Notes under the pieces: model-generated
Told to the model about the DNA's origin: nothing
Database searches by the model: none
What the model saw: only the letters and a program-made list of their open reading frames with translations
Translations under genes and position numbers: made by a program
DNA from: Puccinia triticina
Lineage: Eukaryota
Length of the DNA: 64,000 bases
NCBI GenBank assembly: GCA_026914245.1
Contig: CP110439.1
Location: forward strand, 8,804,001 to 8,868,000
Reading direction: 5' to 3'
Part shown: positions 11,569 through 22,688 of the stretch, one piece after another
Numbering within the stretch: position 1 is the stretch's first letter
Layout: every line of letters starts with the position of its first letter

Positions 11569-14500
11569 TGGGTATGCCCCTCCCGAGCTCAAACAAGGAG
11601 TTGTTAGTTAGTGTTGGCGTTAGCGATTTGGTTGATAGTAATGCATTCGACCCCCGATTGTTTATTCCTCTTAACCTCGCGCCGCACACCCTCCTTGAGC
11701 ATACCACGACTACCACCCCTCGTCCGGCCAGATTCCTGGTGGATTCGGGGGCCACGCATAATGTGTTGAGCCTCTCTTTTACGGCTAAATATGGGCTATT
11801 AGGCCTGGCGTCCTCGTGCACAAGGACGATCGCGGGCTTTGATGGATCGACAAAGAAATCTTCGTACGAGCTGGAACTCCAGCTCGAGGGGATGACCCGA
11901 CCCTCTCGGTTCATCGTCACTCAACTGAAGGATACCTACGACGGAATATTAGGGATGCCGTGGATCAAACGGTTTGGGCACCTTATTGATTGGAGGACGT
12001 GCTCATTCCGACGGGGGGATGGCTGCACTGCGACCGTGGAAGCGGTTTCGTCATATCCGACAAAAGCCTCGACAGACGGGGAGGAGCCCGTGAGGCAAGC
12101 GAGGATATTTGACGAGGGGGTGTGTGCTTCAAGCACGTTGACGCCCCCGCAATGTAAGCTCGATTTCCCTTTGATCCTTACCCCGTTAGAATCAACTGGC
12201 AAGCAGGATCCTCTCCTAGAAAGCCAATCCCACAGGACATCGGGAGACTCATTACGACGGGACAAAGGCTGCATTGCGACCGCGGTGGCGGTATCGTCTT
12301 ATCCGACAAAAGCCTCGCCAGACAGGGAGGAGCCCGTGAGGCAAGTGAGGATAGTTGACGAGGGGGTGTGTGCTTCGAGCACGTTAGCACTCCCGCAATG
12401 TAAGCTCGATTTCCCATCCCTTGACATTCCGAGAGAATCAACTGGCAAGCAGGATCCTCTCCTAGAAAGCCGCAATGACAGGACACCGACGAACCACACC
12501 ATCACCTCGGGCGGGTCGAACCGGGTCGGGAACATCGCAGTTGCTGATGCAACGTCGTCTTATCCGACAAAAGCCTCGTTAGACGGGGGAGGGCCCGTGA
12601 GGCAAGTGAGGATATTTGACGAGGGGGTGCGCACTTTTAGTGGGATAACGCCCCCGCGATGTGAGTCCCCAGCACACCTATCCCTTAACCCCAGTGAAGC
12701 AGCTAGCAAGCGTCTGCCCATACTAGGACATCCAACAGAAACAATCATCGATACGGCTAAGACGTCTTGGTCCACATCGGCCCGATTGGCGGCTGAGGCA
12801 CGACGCGTGGGGCCAACGAGGACGGTGGAGGAGATGGTACCACAGCACTACCATTGGTACCTACATTTGTTCCAGAAGGTTGGCGCTCAGCGACTGCCAC
12901 CGAGGCGCCAATACGACTTCCGGGTGGATCTAATACCGGGCGCCACCCCGCAGGCCAGCAGGATCATTCCTTTATCGCCCGCAGAGAATGAGGCAATGGA
13001 CACCCTGATCCGCGAAGGCCTTCAACATGGGACCATCAGACGGACGACATCTCCGTGGGCGGCTCCTGTGCTGTTCACGGGAAAAAAGGACGGGAACTTG
13101 AGGCCTTGTTTTGACTACCGGAAGCTTAACGCGGTTACCGTCAAGAATAAGTACCCGCTGCCGTTGACCATGGATCTCGTCGACAGCCTCCTCGACGCGG
13201 ACAGATTCACCAAGCTTGACCTACGAAACGCGTACGGCAACTTGCGCGTCGCTGAAGGGGATGAAGACAAACTTGCATTCGTGTGCAAGGCTGGACAGTT
13301 CGCACCGTTGACTATGCCGTTTGGCCCAACTGGGGCACCAGGATTCTTTCAATTTTTTATCCAGGACATACTACTTGGACGCATCGGGAAGGACGTGGCG
13401 GCCTACTTGGACGACATCATGATCTACACCCAGAAGGGATCCAATCATGAAGAAGCGGTCAACGGAGTCCTTGAGACATTGGGCAAGCATCACTTATGGC
13501 TCAAACCCGAAAAATGTGAATTTGGGAGAGACGAGGTCGAGTACTTGGGACTTCTGATTTCATGCAACCGACTGCGCATGGACCCGGCAAAGGTCACCGC
13601 CGTGACTGACTGGCCGGCACCCACCAACGTCACCGAACTCCAACGTTTTATTGGGTTTGCCAACTTCTACAGACGGTTCATCGACCATTTCTCGGGGACT
13701 ACCCGGCCGCTACACGACTTGACAAAAGGGGATCGAACCTTCCATTGGGACCATCGATGCCAACTGGCGTTCGAGCGTTTGAAAACGGCATTCACTACGG
13801 CGCCAGTGTTGAAAATCGCCGACCCATACCGGCCGTTTATACTAGAGTGTGACTGTTTGGATTTTGCGCTAGGAGCTGTGTTGTCGCAGGTGTGCGCAAA
13901 AGACGGCGAGCTACACCCTGTAGCGTTCCTATCCAGGTCCTTAATCCAGGCGGAGCGTAATTACGAGATTTTCGATAAGGAATTACTGGCAATCGTGGCA
14001 TCTTTCAAGGAATGGAGGCACTACCTGGAGGGCAACCCCCACAGACTAGAGGCAATAGTGTACACTGACCACCGTAATCTGGAGAGTTTCATGACAACAA
14101 AGAAACTCACTAGGCGCCAAGCTCGATGGGCAGAGACGCTGGGATGCTTTGACTTCGAGATTGTTTTCAGACCCGGCAGACAGGCCGCCAAACCAGACGC
14201 GCTGTCCAGACGCCCGGATCTTGCCCCGGCGAAGGAGGACAAGTTGTCCTTTGGACAATTACTACGACCGGATAACATCACACCTAAAACATTCGCGGAG
14301 GTTGCGGAATTCGACGGTTGGTTCGTGGACGAGTCGTTTGAGGCTGAGGATGCGGCGAGGTGGTTTGAAATTGATGTGGTAGGGGTTGCGGATCAAGACG
14401 AATCAGTGGAGGAAGAGAACCCCATACCGTCGGACACGGAATTGATAAGTCTTATCAGACTTGCTACCCCCAATGACCCACGATTAACGGGGCTGATGAA

Positions 14501-14645
14501 TGATCTGACGACCCGCCCGGATCAGCGCGGATTCACTACGGTGGAGGGCCTGGTGTATCGTCATGGGCGAATTGAAGTACCGGCAGACGATGGCATCAAG
14601 ACGGCAATACTTCGGAGCCGGCAAATGGTTATATTTCAATCATGA
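11544..14645 (+). CDS. pol: Gypsy Pol (protease, RT, RNase H), truncated before integrase; in -1 frame relative to gag
   Basis: LVDSGATHN protease; SPWAAPVLF, DYRKLN and YLDD RT motifs; ECDC-LD-FALGAVL and NYEIFDKELLAI RNase H motifs. The start given is the putative frameshift site. Confidence 0.9.
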   Translation, partial: KKRRSSGLMGMPLPSSNKELLVSVGVSDLVDSNAFDPRLFIPLNLAPHTLLEHTTTTTPRPARFLVDSGATHNVLSLSFTAKYGLLGLASSCTRTIAGFDGSTKKSSYELELQLEGMTRPSRFIVTQLKDTYDGILGMPWIKRFGHLIDWRTCSFRRGDGCTATVEAVSSYPTKASTDGEEPVRQARIFDEGVCASSTLTPPQCKLDFPLILTPLESTGKQDPLLESQSHRTSGDSLRRDKGCIATAVAVSSYPTKASPDREEPVRQVRIVDEGVCASSTLALPQCKLDFPSLDIPRESTGKQDPLLESRNDRTPTNHTITSGGSNRVGNIAVADATSSYPTKASLDGGGPVRQVRIFDEGVRTFSGITPPRCESPAHLSLNPSEAASKRLPILGHPTETIIDTAKTSWSTSARLAAEARRVGPTRTVEEMVPQHYHWYLHLFQKVGAQRLPPRRQYDFRVDLIPGATPQASRIIPLSPAENEAMDTLIREGLQHGTIRRTTSPWAAPVLFTGKKDGNLRPCFDYRKLNAVTVKNKYPLPLTMDLVDSLLDADRFTKLDLRNAYGNLRVAEGDEDKLAFVCKAGQFAPLTMPFGPTGAPGFFQFFIQDILLGRIGKDVAAYLDDIMIYTQKGSNHEEAVNGVLETLGKHHLWLKPEKCEFGRDEVEYLGLLISCNRLRMDPAKVTAVTDWPAPTNVTELQRFIGFANFYRRFIDHFSGTTRPLHDLTKGDRTFHWDHRCQLAFERLKTAFTTAPVLKIADPYRPFILECDCLDFALGAVLSQVCAKDGELHPVAFLSRSLIQAERNYEIFDKELLAIVASFKEWRHYLEGNPHRLEAIVYTDHRNLESFMTTKKLTRRQARWAETLGCFDFEIVFRPGRQAAKPDALSRRPDLAPAKEDKLSFGQLLRPDNITPKTFAEVAEFDGWFVDESFEAEDAARWFEIDVVGVADQDESVEEENPIPSDTELISLIRLATPNDPRLTGLMNDLTTRPDQRGFTTVEGLVYRHGRIEVPADDGIKTAILRSRQMVIFQS

Positions 14646-15011
14646 GGAGAAGACTTATGAAGAGGCAACTATAGGGCCCCATTGAAAGATCAAAAGGGGG
14701 CCTAGACATGACTAATCAAAAGAAGGGGAACAAAGAATAGTCCATCTCACTTGAGATGGAAATGACAGGACAGGTGACAGGAACAGGGGACAGGATATTG
14801 AAAACTCAGCCAGACAGGAAGGATGTGAGCAGAAAAAGTGGCCAGAATTCTGACAGGTTCAACCCAACCCAAAATAGTATGACATTGGGTTGGGTTTTGG
14901 CAGCATATTTTCAAATCTGCCCCAAGTTCCAACCCAACCCAACCTGCGCTAAATTTTGGGTTGGGTTTGTGTGTTGTTTTTCAACCCAAACCCAACCCAT
15001 TTACACCCTTA

Positions 15012-15368
15012 GAGCATCTCCAGCAGTCCAGGGGTGGATTGCGCTGCTTTTGGCAGGCAGAGATTCACTTTTTTCAAATCTCTCAGAGATTTCCAAGTCT
15101 CTCACCTGCCACTGGCTTCCACAGGCTGCTATAGACATGGGAATGTAGCAGGCCGGAGGCAAAAATGATACATTTTTTATGCTTCCATCAAAAAGTACCT
15201 TCTGGCACAAAGGCCACCCAACAGGGAATGCTGGTTGTATTGTGAAGGATGAGGTTGGCTGGACCTTCAAAAGCACATGGACCAGCTTGAGTAAGCAAAA
15301 ATTGGCGCAACCCAAGCCACAGCCTGTTTAAGTCAGCACTATCCACCGCCGGACTGCTGGAGATGCTC
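15012..15368. mobile_element. Tourist-like (PIF/Harbinger) MITE
   Basis: Perfect 18-bp TIR GAGCATCTCCAGCAGTCC and TTA/TTA TSD (15009-15011, 15369-15371). Confidence 0.92.
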
Positions 15369-15461
15369 TTAGCCGCCATGAATGGTATTTGGGAAATCAA
15401 TTTTTTCACAATATTGAAAAAATCATGGATCAACTTACTGCCAAGCCTGGGTGAGTGGTGA

Positions 15462-15794
15462 CAAAGGCTGCACATATTACGCTACAGTTAGCTTTTTAGA
15501 TTTGTAATTTAGCAGTTTTTGTGGCCGCTATGCTAATATTAAATTGTAGTACAAACTAAGCTACAATTACAGCTAGAAATTTTTTGAGAAAAAAGTGAAT
15601 GTTTAGCTGCAAAGTACAGCTAATTAGCTGTAGCGGTCAGCTAGTTAGCTGTAATTTATGTGTAATTTACTGTTAGTGGAGCTTAGCGGTTTGATATTAC
15701 AGCTAAAGCTAACAGCCTGAAAGCTTGAAAAATATCAGCTACATTTAATTTTTAGCAGAGCTAATGTAATTCAGCATAATATGTGCAGTCTTGG
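15462..15794. mobile_element. MITE with diverged 8-bp TSD (hAT-like)
   Basis: TIR CAAAGGCTGCACATATTACGCT versus reverse-complemented right end CCAAGACTGCACATATTATGCT. Flanks AGTGGTGA and ACTAGTGA (6/8). Confidence 0.7.
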
Positions 15795-16237
15795 ACTAGT
15801 GACCTTGGTTCCCACTTTTTTTAAATCTTGCCTGGCCGCTTTTGTGGGTAAGAGACATCACACATAAATATGTATTTGATGGCAAACATTGTAACTAAAT
15901 GGGCTTCTGTTAGTGGAAGAAACAAGGAGAATGTCTTGGTCATTTAATGTGCAGATGAAGCGCACTCAAATCCCAACTCTCAAAATCTTGTGAGATCATC
16001 CACTGGCTGACCTGCCATTCAACTCACACCTGGATGTAGAAAATACCCGCTCAACAGTTCAAGCCTTGTCCCTACTTGGGGAAATACTCAAATCTACCAG
16101 CAAGCAACAACCTGGATGAAAGCTTCACAATTTGCCCAAAGCTGCACCAATTGAAGGCATAAAAGTGGGCTTGTCAGCAACCACAGTGTCTCCCATTGTA
16201 ATCCAACACATCCATCCACCGCAACACCACTCCAGCC

Positions 16238-16662
16238 TAGGGATGGCCTCTGGTACCCGTTTGCGGGTACCCGTGGTCGTGTCCTAGTACCCGTTGGCGG
16301 GTGCCGGGTGCGGGTGCGGGTGTCTGCTTTTGCAGAAAAAAAAGGGCGGGTACCCACGCGGGTACCCGCCATTCGCGCCTAGCATGGGATGATTCGTCCC
16401 CTCCCTCAATTCCCCTTGATGTCCGGCACAGACCAGGCGGCGGGTATCATGATCTAGCGGAGCCAGGTCCGGGGATCAAACTTTGTGTGGACACCCACGG
16501 GTACCCGCTACATGCACCCGGGTACCTGCCTTCGGGTACCCGGGTACCTGCTTTGACCTGCTTTAGAGGGTGCGGGTGCGGGTGCGGGTATCCGATTTGA
16601 GTGGAATTTTAGGGTAGTACCCGCACCCGCGGCGGGTACCCAGGTACAAAGTGCCATCCCTA
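16238..16662. mobile_element. hAT-family MITE
   Basis: TIR TAGGGATGGC/GCCATCCCTA, perfect 8-bp TSD CTCCAGCC (16230-16237, 16663-16670), internal GGGTACCCG repeats. Confidence 0.95.
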
Positions 16663-16730
16663 CTCCAGCCTAAACAATCAAGCCCAGATTTCCACAGTAC
16701 CATACCCAGCCAAAACCGTAGAAAGCCAAG

Positions 16731-16945
16731 ATGGTCTCCTTAGCCAACCTGATCACCCTCCTCTTTGTCCTTGTCGCCGTTTCCCGTGCCAAAGAATGAA
16801 GATGTTGATGCCAAATGGCTAGAATTAGTAATGAACATGTGGAACTCATGGGGCGGTATAAACCTGGTCTACCTCAGCTCTCCATGGATCTATAACTATG
16901 GCATGGGTTCTCCAGTGAACCTGGGCATGAGAATGTACCTTTTTA
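16731..16945 (+). pseudogene. Probable frameshifted small secreted protein gene
   Basis: Signal-peptide-like MVSLANLITLLFVLVAV in one frame continues in the +1 frame as PVPKNEDVDAKW...MWNSWGGINLVYLSSPWIYNYGMG. Confidence 0.35.
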
Positions 16946-16995
16946 AGGCCACCAAGTATTCTAACAGCATTAGTCAAAGAGCTATTAACCTTCAA

Positions 16996-17088
16996 TGTGA
17001 AAAAAAAAACTCAAGAAACTGCTGCCAGTTGACATGCAATATTACAAAGGTGTGTCAACTGGCAGCAGTTTCTTGAGTTTTTTTCACA
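16996..17088. repeat. Near-perfect palindrome/foldback (arms of about 39 bp)
   Basis: TGTGA(n)CTCAAGAAACTGCTGCCAGTTGACA followed by its reverse complement after a loop of about 17 nt. Confidence 0.85.
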
Positions 17089-17317
17089 GGGCTTTATGCC
17101 AAAAAACTCACCCAAAAAAATATTAGTGATAGTATCAACTGCCTCAGTAACAAGGCAGTCCCTGAAGTTTTTTTCCAAGTCGCAATGTTTGAAGAAGATC
17201 ACTTTTTCCACTCTCCATGTCACTACCATCAAAGCAACTGATTTTTTTACATTTTTTTAACAGGGAAGAAAATTTCTGGAGGCAAGAACCTCACATTGAA
17301 GAGGAATGTATACCTTA

Positions 17318-17850
17318 GCCATTGCCAATGCTTTTTTATTTGATCAAATAAATTGGGTCAAGTTGGTGGTGATTTTGCCTACAGTCGCTGAGTTCTATCA
17401 ATGCTGAAACCATTACGCTCCATGTATTACGTAACGGCTGTAAAATATTTTTTTTGTATTGCCGTTACATTTTTATGTATTGGCGTGAAATGAAGTATTA
17501 AGTGAACAATGTAAAATGAGCTGATAAAGAGCAAAAATACAAAAATACTGTAGTGGAGCGCATTGGTTTCTCAATGCGCTACAGTAATTGTATTGGCAAC
17601 CCCAATTTTATCGCCAATCATCTGCATTGGTACACAGTGGCCCAGAAATGATGTACGTACATTCTGGCATTTTTTGTATTGGTGTGCAATTACGCTACAA
17701 TGTAACAGCGTTAAATTACATCTAGCGTAATGGTTTCAGAGTTGGTTCTATGTGAAGTTGGTGAACAACCCATTCACCCAAAAAATCCTTGACAATGGTT
17801 TCAAAAAAAAACATTCTTGTTGCAGCATGCCTTACTATTCTCTCTAACTT
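17318..17850 (-). mobile_element. Diverged copy of the 8263-8545 MITE, split by a nested insertion
   Basis: Removing 17399-17744 and one TSD gives ACAGTCGCTGAGTTCTATGTGAAGTTGGTGAACAACCCATTC, colinear with the reverse complement of the 8263 MITE core. Confidence 0.75.
17399..17744. mobile_element. MITE with 7-bp TSD
   Basis: TIR CAATGCTGAAACCATTACGCT / AGCGTAATGGTTTCAGAGTTG. GTTCTAT duplicated at 17392-17398 and 17745-17751. Confidence 0.85.
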
Positions 17851-18515
17851 TTTTCCCCTAATTTCCCCAAAATTAGGAGTCGGAGTGGTACCGAGCTGAG
17901 TTGTTCATGGCGATGGTCGTCCTCATGGTGCTGACAATGAGAAGAACCAGTCCATATTTTGATCCAAGGGTCTTATTGCAAATGCCAAGGGTGGAAACGC
18001 GGCTGCAGAAGTGAGACATGGAACACCATGGTGTATAAAAGGAAGCGCTTGATCAACGTCAATACCCCCGGGGCGTCCTCTGCCGCTGCACTTCCAGCGC
18101 ATGGTTTGTCCTCGCCCCCCTCTGCTGTTGCACATGCGCAGTCTGAGGGGCTGAAGAGTGGGCCCCCCCCTTGGGTCTGCAGCCTTAGCTGCGGGCCAGG
18201 GGCCTTCATGTCCATCAATTTTGACCCATGTGCTTGACGTGGGCTGGGTATTGAGCCTGGGGGCACGGCTTTGCCAATGTTGGAAGGCTGGTAGAGATTT
18301 ACTTGTCAATAAAATCCGATTTTTCTTATGTAAAATTCCCCTTTTTTTTGGAGTGTGAAAACCTCACCTGTTTTTTTTTTTGGAATTTTGTTGATGGGGA
18401 AACCCATGATGTTTTTTTTCTCATTTTTTATAATTGTAAGGGGGAACCCTTGATCTTATTTTTTTTTTGATTTTGGAAAAACTGTGTCTTTAATAAACTT
18501 GGATGTATATACTAT

Positions 18516-19270
18516 CACTGCAAGAAAAACTCTAGAAACTGCTTGTAGTTGAGATGCAGCAAGCTTCAATCAAGCTTGAGCTGAAGCTGGAGTCAAGCAC
18601 CCAAATTCCGTGCTGGTGCACCTTGAGTGTGTACCTTGTTCAGCATCTCAATGTTGAACATGCTGCAGTGCTCAGGCATTAGGCTGAGGAAAATGAGCAT
18701 CCCCCTGAGCACCCTTTTATTTTCTTTTATTAAACACTCCATGTACCATTTAATCCAGCCAGAATAACATAAAAAGGGTATGTACACATGAAAGGGATAT
18801 GTGCAGATTAAAGAAATATGTATGCATGAAAGGGGAATGTGAGGAGGTGTATTAACACATAAAAGGGACATGTACACATGATGAAAGGGGTATGTATGCA
18901 TGAAAGGGGTATTTATGCATGAAAGGGGGATGTGCAGTAAGGGGTATCTGCACATGAAAGGGGTATGTGCACATAAAGGGCTATTTACACATTATGAAAG
19001 GGGTGGATGCATACAAAAGGGATATATGCACATGAAAGGGGTATGTGCACATGAAAGGGGTATGTGCACATGAAAGGGGTATGTGCACATGAAAGGGGAA
19101 TTTGCACAGGTATCAACTCCTGTACTTAGTTTTTGTACCTTAGACTCACTCTTGCATAAATTAGACAATGTGAATGGAATCAACCAGGGCTTGATTCTTG
19201 CATGAGGCACAGCTTTCATTGAGCTCTTGTATCTCAACTGCAAGCAGTTTCTAGAGTTTTTCTTGCAGTC
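18516..19270. mobile_element. CACTA/CACTG (CMC-EnSpm-like) non-autonomous element
   Basis: TIR of about 43 bp CACTGCAAGAAAAACTCTAGAAACTGCTTG..., right end ...TTCTTGCAGTC (last base mutated), 3-bp TSD TAT/TAT. Confidence 0.85.
18765..19110. repeat. 19-bp minisatellite CATGAAAGGGGTATGTGCA, degenerate array
   Basis: Head-to-tail copies without unique spacers, inside the CACTG element. Confidence 0.9.
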
Positions 19271-19323
19271 TATGTAGTGTAAATGAGTATGTGTAGCTGT
19301 CCTGCAGCTGGGTTGTGTATGTA

Positions 19324-19963
19324 CACCACCGGTGCAGCTGGATATTGGCCCGATGCCTTGTCAATATTGGGGCGATATCGTCAGCCCCTGCAAGAATTTA
19401 CGTCCTAGTTGGGTCTCCACGACATTATGTCAGGCGGGTGTCAGGCACAGACAACACCTCACTGTGCTGGAGGCGTTGGGGTGATACCGCGGGAAGATAC
19501 CCACCCCCGCAAAAAGCACTTGGGCACCCCCGAGGGAAGCCCTGCTTCAGGCAGGAATTGAACACACACCGTGGAGCTGCGGTGCGCCAGCGCGCAGCTG
19601 GGCACAGCGGGCCACATCCCTGCATTGACTACAGTGCATGTTGGTGAAGGCTTTGCAGCAACACCTATATTTAATAAGTTTCTCTTTGCACGAGCGCACC
19701 AGCATACTAAACGCCCGTGCAGTGCGGGCGTCGCGGGGATTGCCGCTCAGATACTACCAGGATGTCACAGCAAAGTAACATCCTGGTGACATTTTTCTTG
19801 GGACAGCACGGCGACGATCAAGTTTGACCGACATCAACCCGGGCATCAAGCCAATGCCAACCTTCTCCTAACATTGCCCTGATGTCGTAGGGTGTCGCAC
19901 TGACGTCTTGGCGACACCAATGTCAGGGCAATGTTAAGAATCCGTCTGATCGCACCGGTGGTG
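19324..19963. mobile_element. Non-autonomous TIR element with TA flanks
   Basis: CACCACCGGTGC / GCACCGGTGGTG with TA on both sides. Superfamily ambiguous (Tc1/mariner, or CMC with 2-bp TSD). Confidence 0.75.
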
Positions 19964-21606
19964 TAAGCGTGAGGCTGTAATAGGAGGTTGGGTGTATATG
20001 TAGCCTGCAGGTGTAAGCTCTAGTCCTGTGGAGTCCTGTCCTTGCGCCAAGTCTGTGATTCCTGATGACTAGCATTTAAAGAAATGTTTATTTTTCCTGA
20101 TTGTGTCACCTTTTTAGATTGCCACACCGGGAAGGCTCTTGAGTGGCATGGCCTTAAAGCGTAACTTCTTGCGCAGGCAGCCAGCCATCCAGCATCCATC
20201 AAACCCTTTTTAGAGCTGCTAGACATTCTTGCAAAAACCATGCCACAATTGTTCCAGCAAGCAGAGCATTTTTCCCACTCCTGTACACATTTTATGTGTG
20301 GCCTGTATACCAAATATATCTCATTTATTGATTCAAAAATATACATATTCATTTACCTATGAGCAGCAATTGAAACTTTCATGTACTGATGTAAGATCAA
20401 TCCTGGAATCATGATTCCATGACTTTACATTCCTTGTAGCTTTAAGGCCACTCAGGTAATCAAAATGTGGCCTATGTGCTCTTGAAGGCCAGATGCAGAC
20501 CTATTGCCTGATCAGGGCGCTGCAGAAGACGCGCTGCCGCATCTCTGACGGCCAGAACGTGAGGTCAGAACCGACCCCGGCAAAACCACGTCCGCTTTGC
20601 TAGAGACCGGCATCATGACCGAATATTTTGGGAGCTGCTCAGCTCGGTCAGTTTCCTGGGCAGATGGCAGTCGGTCCTGTGCACAAGTCCTTGGGGCAAC
20701 TTTGAACAGCAGGGGTGACGTCACCTGCTTCGTGACTTTGAGAGTACAAGGTATGCTCTTGTCCCCCCCTCATCCTCTCCCCCATCCTCCTCCCTTCCTC
20801 CCTCCATTGCTTCTCACTCCTCCCTCCATTCCTCCTTGCTCTTCCCTCCATTGTTCCTCCATCCTCCCTTCTTGCTCCTCCCCCCATTCCCCCATTGTTT
20901 GTCGCTTGCTCACTTGCTCCTCCCTCCTCTCTTTCTCCCTGCTTTGCTCCCTTTTTTGTTTGCCTATTGGCCCAGTTATTGTGGATAATAAGCTCAAAAA
21001 ACTTGTAATAGTAGTCTCTATATCATGTTCATAGTTGTTAATCAGTTTTCTGTACATAGATATCTTGCTGCTTGTTGAGTGTGCATAATAAAATAAATGT
21101 TCTAAAGTAATAATCATCACTGTCCATCAATAAGACTGCCAATTGGGCTTGCGGCCCACCTGGGTCTGAGTGCTAGTAGTCTGCTGCCTATGACCAACCT
21201 TGGGGGTCAGTGTTCAAGGTTATGGCATGTGGGGGGCTTGTCACCATGCCACCCATTCTTTTGTCATCCAGACGGCCCAGGTTGTGTTGACGACCTGCTG
21301 GCTGTCATTGGCACGCTTATTACACCGGCCATCCGACCGGTGTGCCTGCCGGCTATTTGGCTGACATTGTGCGCCCCGCCACCATGACGTCAACCTCTGG
21401 TGGGTCAAACAGAGTCCCGCGTACGGCAAATCTCTGTCCTCTTGACGGCAAAACCCGCCTACCGTGTAAGCTGATGCTCAGATTTGGAATATTCTTGGTT
21501 CAGCTGACACTTGGCTTTGTATCAGGCTTGGAATAGCCAATGCTCAGCTGTGGCCCAGACTCACCCAATGCTCAGCTTTGGCCCAGGCTTATTCAATGCC
21601 TACTGC

Positions 21607-21985
21607 CAGCGGTGGGTAGTTACGTTAAGTTGTGTTATCCGTGCTATTTGTGTATAGTAACTACCTGTGTTATCCACCGCGCCCCGTTACTTTATGAGTA
21701 ACGGGCCATTTGAGTGGCATATAGTTAGCATAACGGGTCTTTTTCTGACGCCGTTACGCTACGTTATTGCTTGGATAACGCAATAACAAGCCCTCAAGGG
21801 CCGTTTTGGTGCTGAAAATGGCTTGTTATCTGGCGTGCAGCGGGCCCCAATAACGTAACAAGCAGAAAAAAACTGCACAATCAGTGGCGCAATAACGTAG
21901 CGCACCACCGTTACGATTAACTGCAACGATGATGGCTTAAAAACTGTTACGTTACCGTTATTGGTAATGTAACTACCCACTGCTG
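21607..21985. mobile_element. MITE with 7-bp TSD
   Basis: 21-bp TIR CAGCGGTGGGTAGTTACGTTA (19/21 match). CTACTGC duplicated at 21600-21606 and 21986-21992. Confidence 0.88.
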
Positions 21986-22688
21986 CTACTGCTCAGCTTT
22001 TGATGAGGATCAGCTGTTCCTGGGAAAAATCTAGGATCAGCTTGAGCTGACTGTGCCACATTGAGTGCTCTGGTGCAGTCTTGCAAGCTCTACAAGTGCT
22101 GGTGGAGCAGCTCTGGAGCAGAAACCAAAGCTGCATCATGTCACTTGCCATCAAGTGACTATATTTTTTTCCTGGTGTGAGTCCCGCTCCTCCTCTGTAC
22201 CGTGCATATAAAACATTCTATTACCCAACATCAAGCTCATGGCTTCCCCAACATGCCAGCACCTGCACCAGCCTGCACCCCAGCAACAATCGAGTCATCT
22301 TTCACATGAGAACAACACCCAAAGAAACACAATGTACCATCAATGTGTATGGTGCTACATACTAACAATTGGGATGTTTTTTGGCAGCCGTCTTGAGTTT
22401 TTCTGTTATCTTCCAAACCTTATGACACGGCCAGTCGAGGTAACCGTTAACTGATTGATTGCTCAGGAGTCTCATAAATATCATGTAATACTTTGTGAAC
22501 ATGCACTTGTGGGCATCCTGTACTGACAGTCTCTTGGAGTGCTGCGCCCTGTGACAGACGTCTGTGTGTGGGTTCTGTGACAGGCGAGCTGGTGAAAACC
22601 CTGGATGGGCGGAGGATCGCCAGACAGAAAAGGCGAGCAACCCAAACGGAAAGAAGCCGATGACCAGCGCCGAGGCCGACAGCCGGCC

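Larger units (their letters stand above)
10205..14625 (+). mobile_element. Ty3/gypsy LTR retrotransposon, 3'-truncated (no integrase core, no 3' LTR)
   Basis: 5' LTR 10205-10391 (TGTTA...TAACA), then gag and pol with PR-RT-RNaseH order. Coding similarity stops at ILRSR, just before the integrase HHCC region. Confidence 0.92.
9288..15008. mobile_element. Non-autonomous TIR element (probably Harbinger-type) hosting the gypsy insertion
   Basis: GGGTGTAAATGGGTT at 9288 and AACCCATTTACACCC ending at 15008. Flanks TCA and TTA. CCCAACCC subterminal repeats at both ends. The two ends could belong to separate copies. Confidence 0.6.

Noticed and set aside
18765..19110. Regular repeat array as a possible CRISPR
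   Set aside because: Head-to-tail units with no unique spacers, no cas genes and a eukaryotic context.
20141..20455. Partial inverted repeat (TGGCCTTAAAGC / GCTTTAAGGCCA) as a MITE
   Set aside because: Too short and degraded, with no TSD to support boundaries.
20597..21120. Pro/Leu/Ser-rich and Glu/Gly-rich ORFs
   Set aside because: Derived from a CT-rich simple sequence, with no domain motifs.
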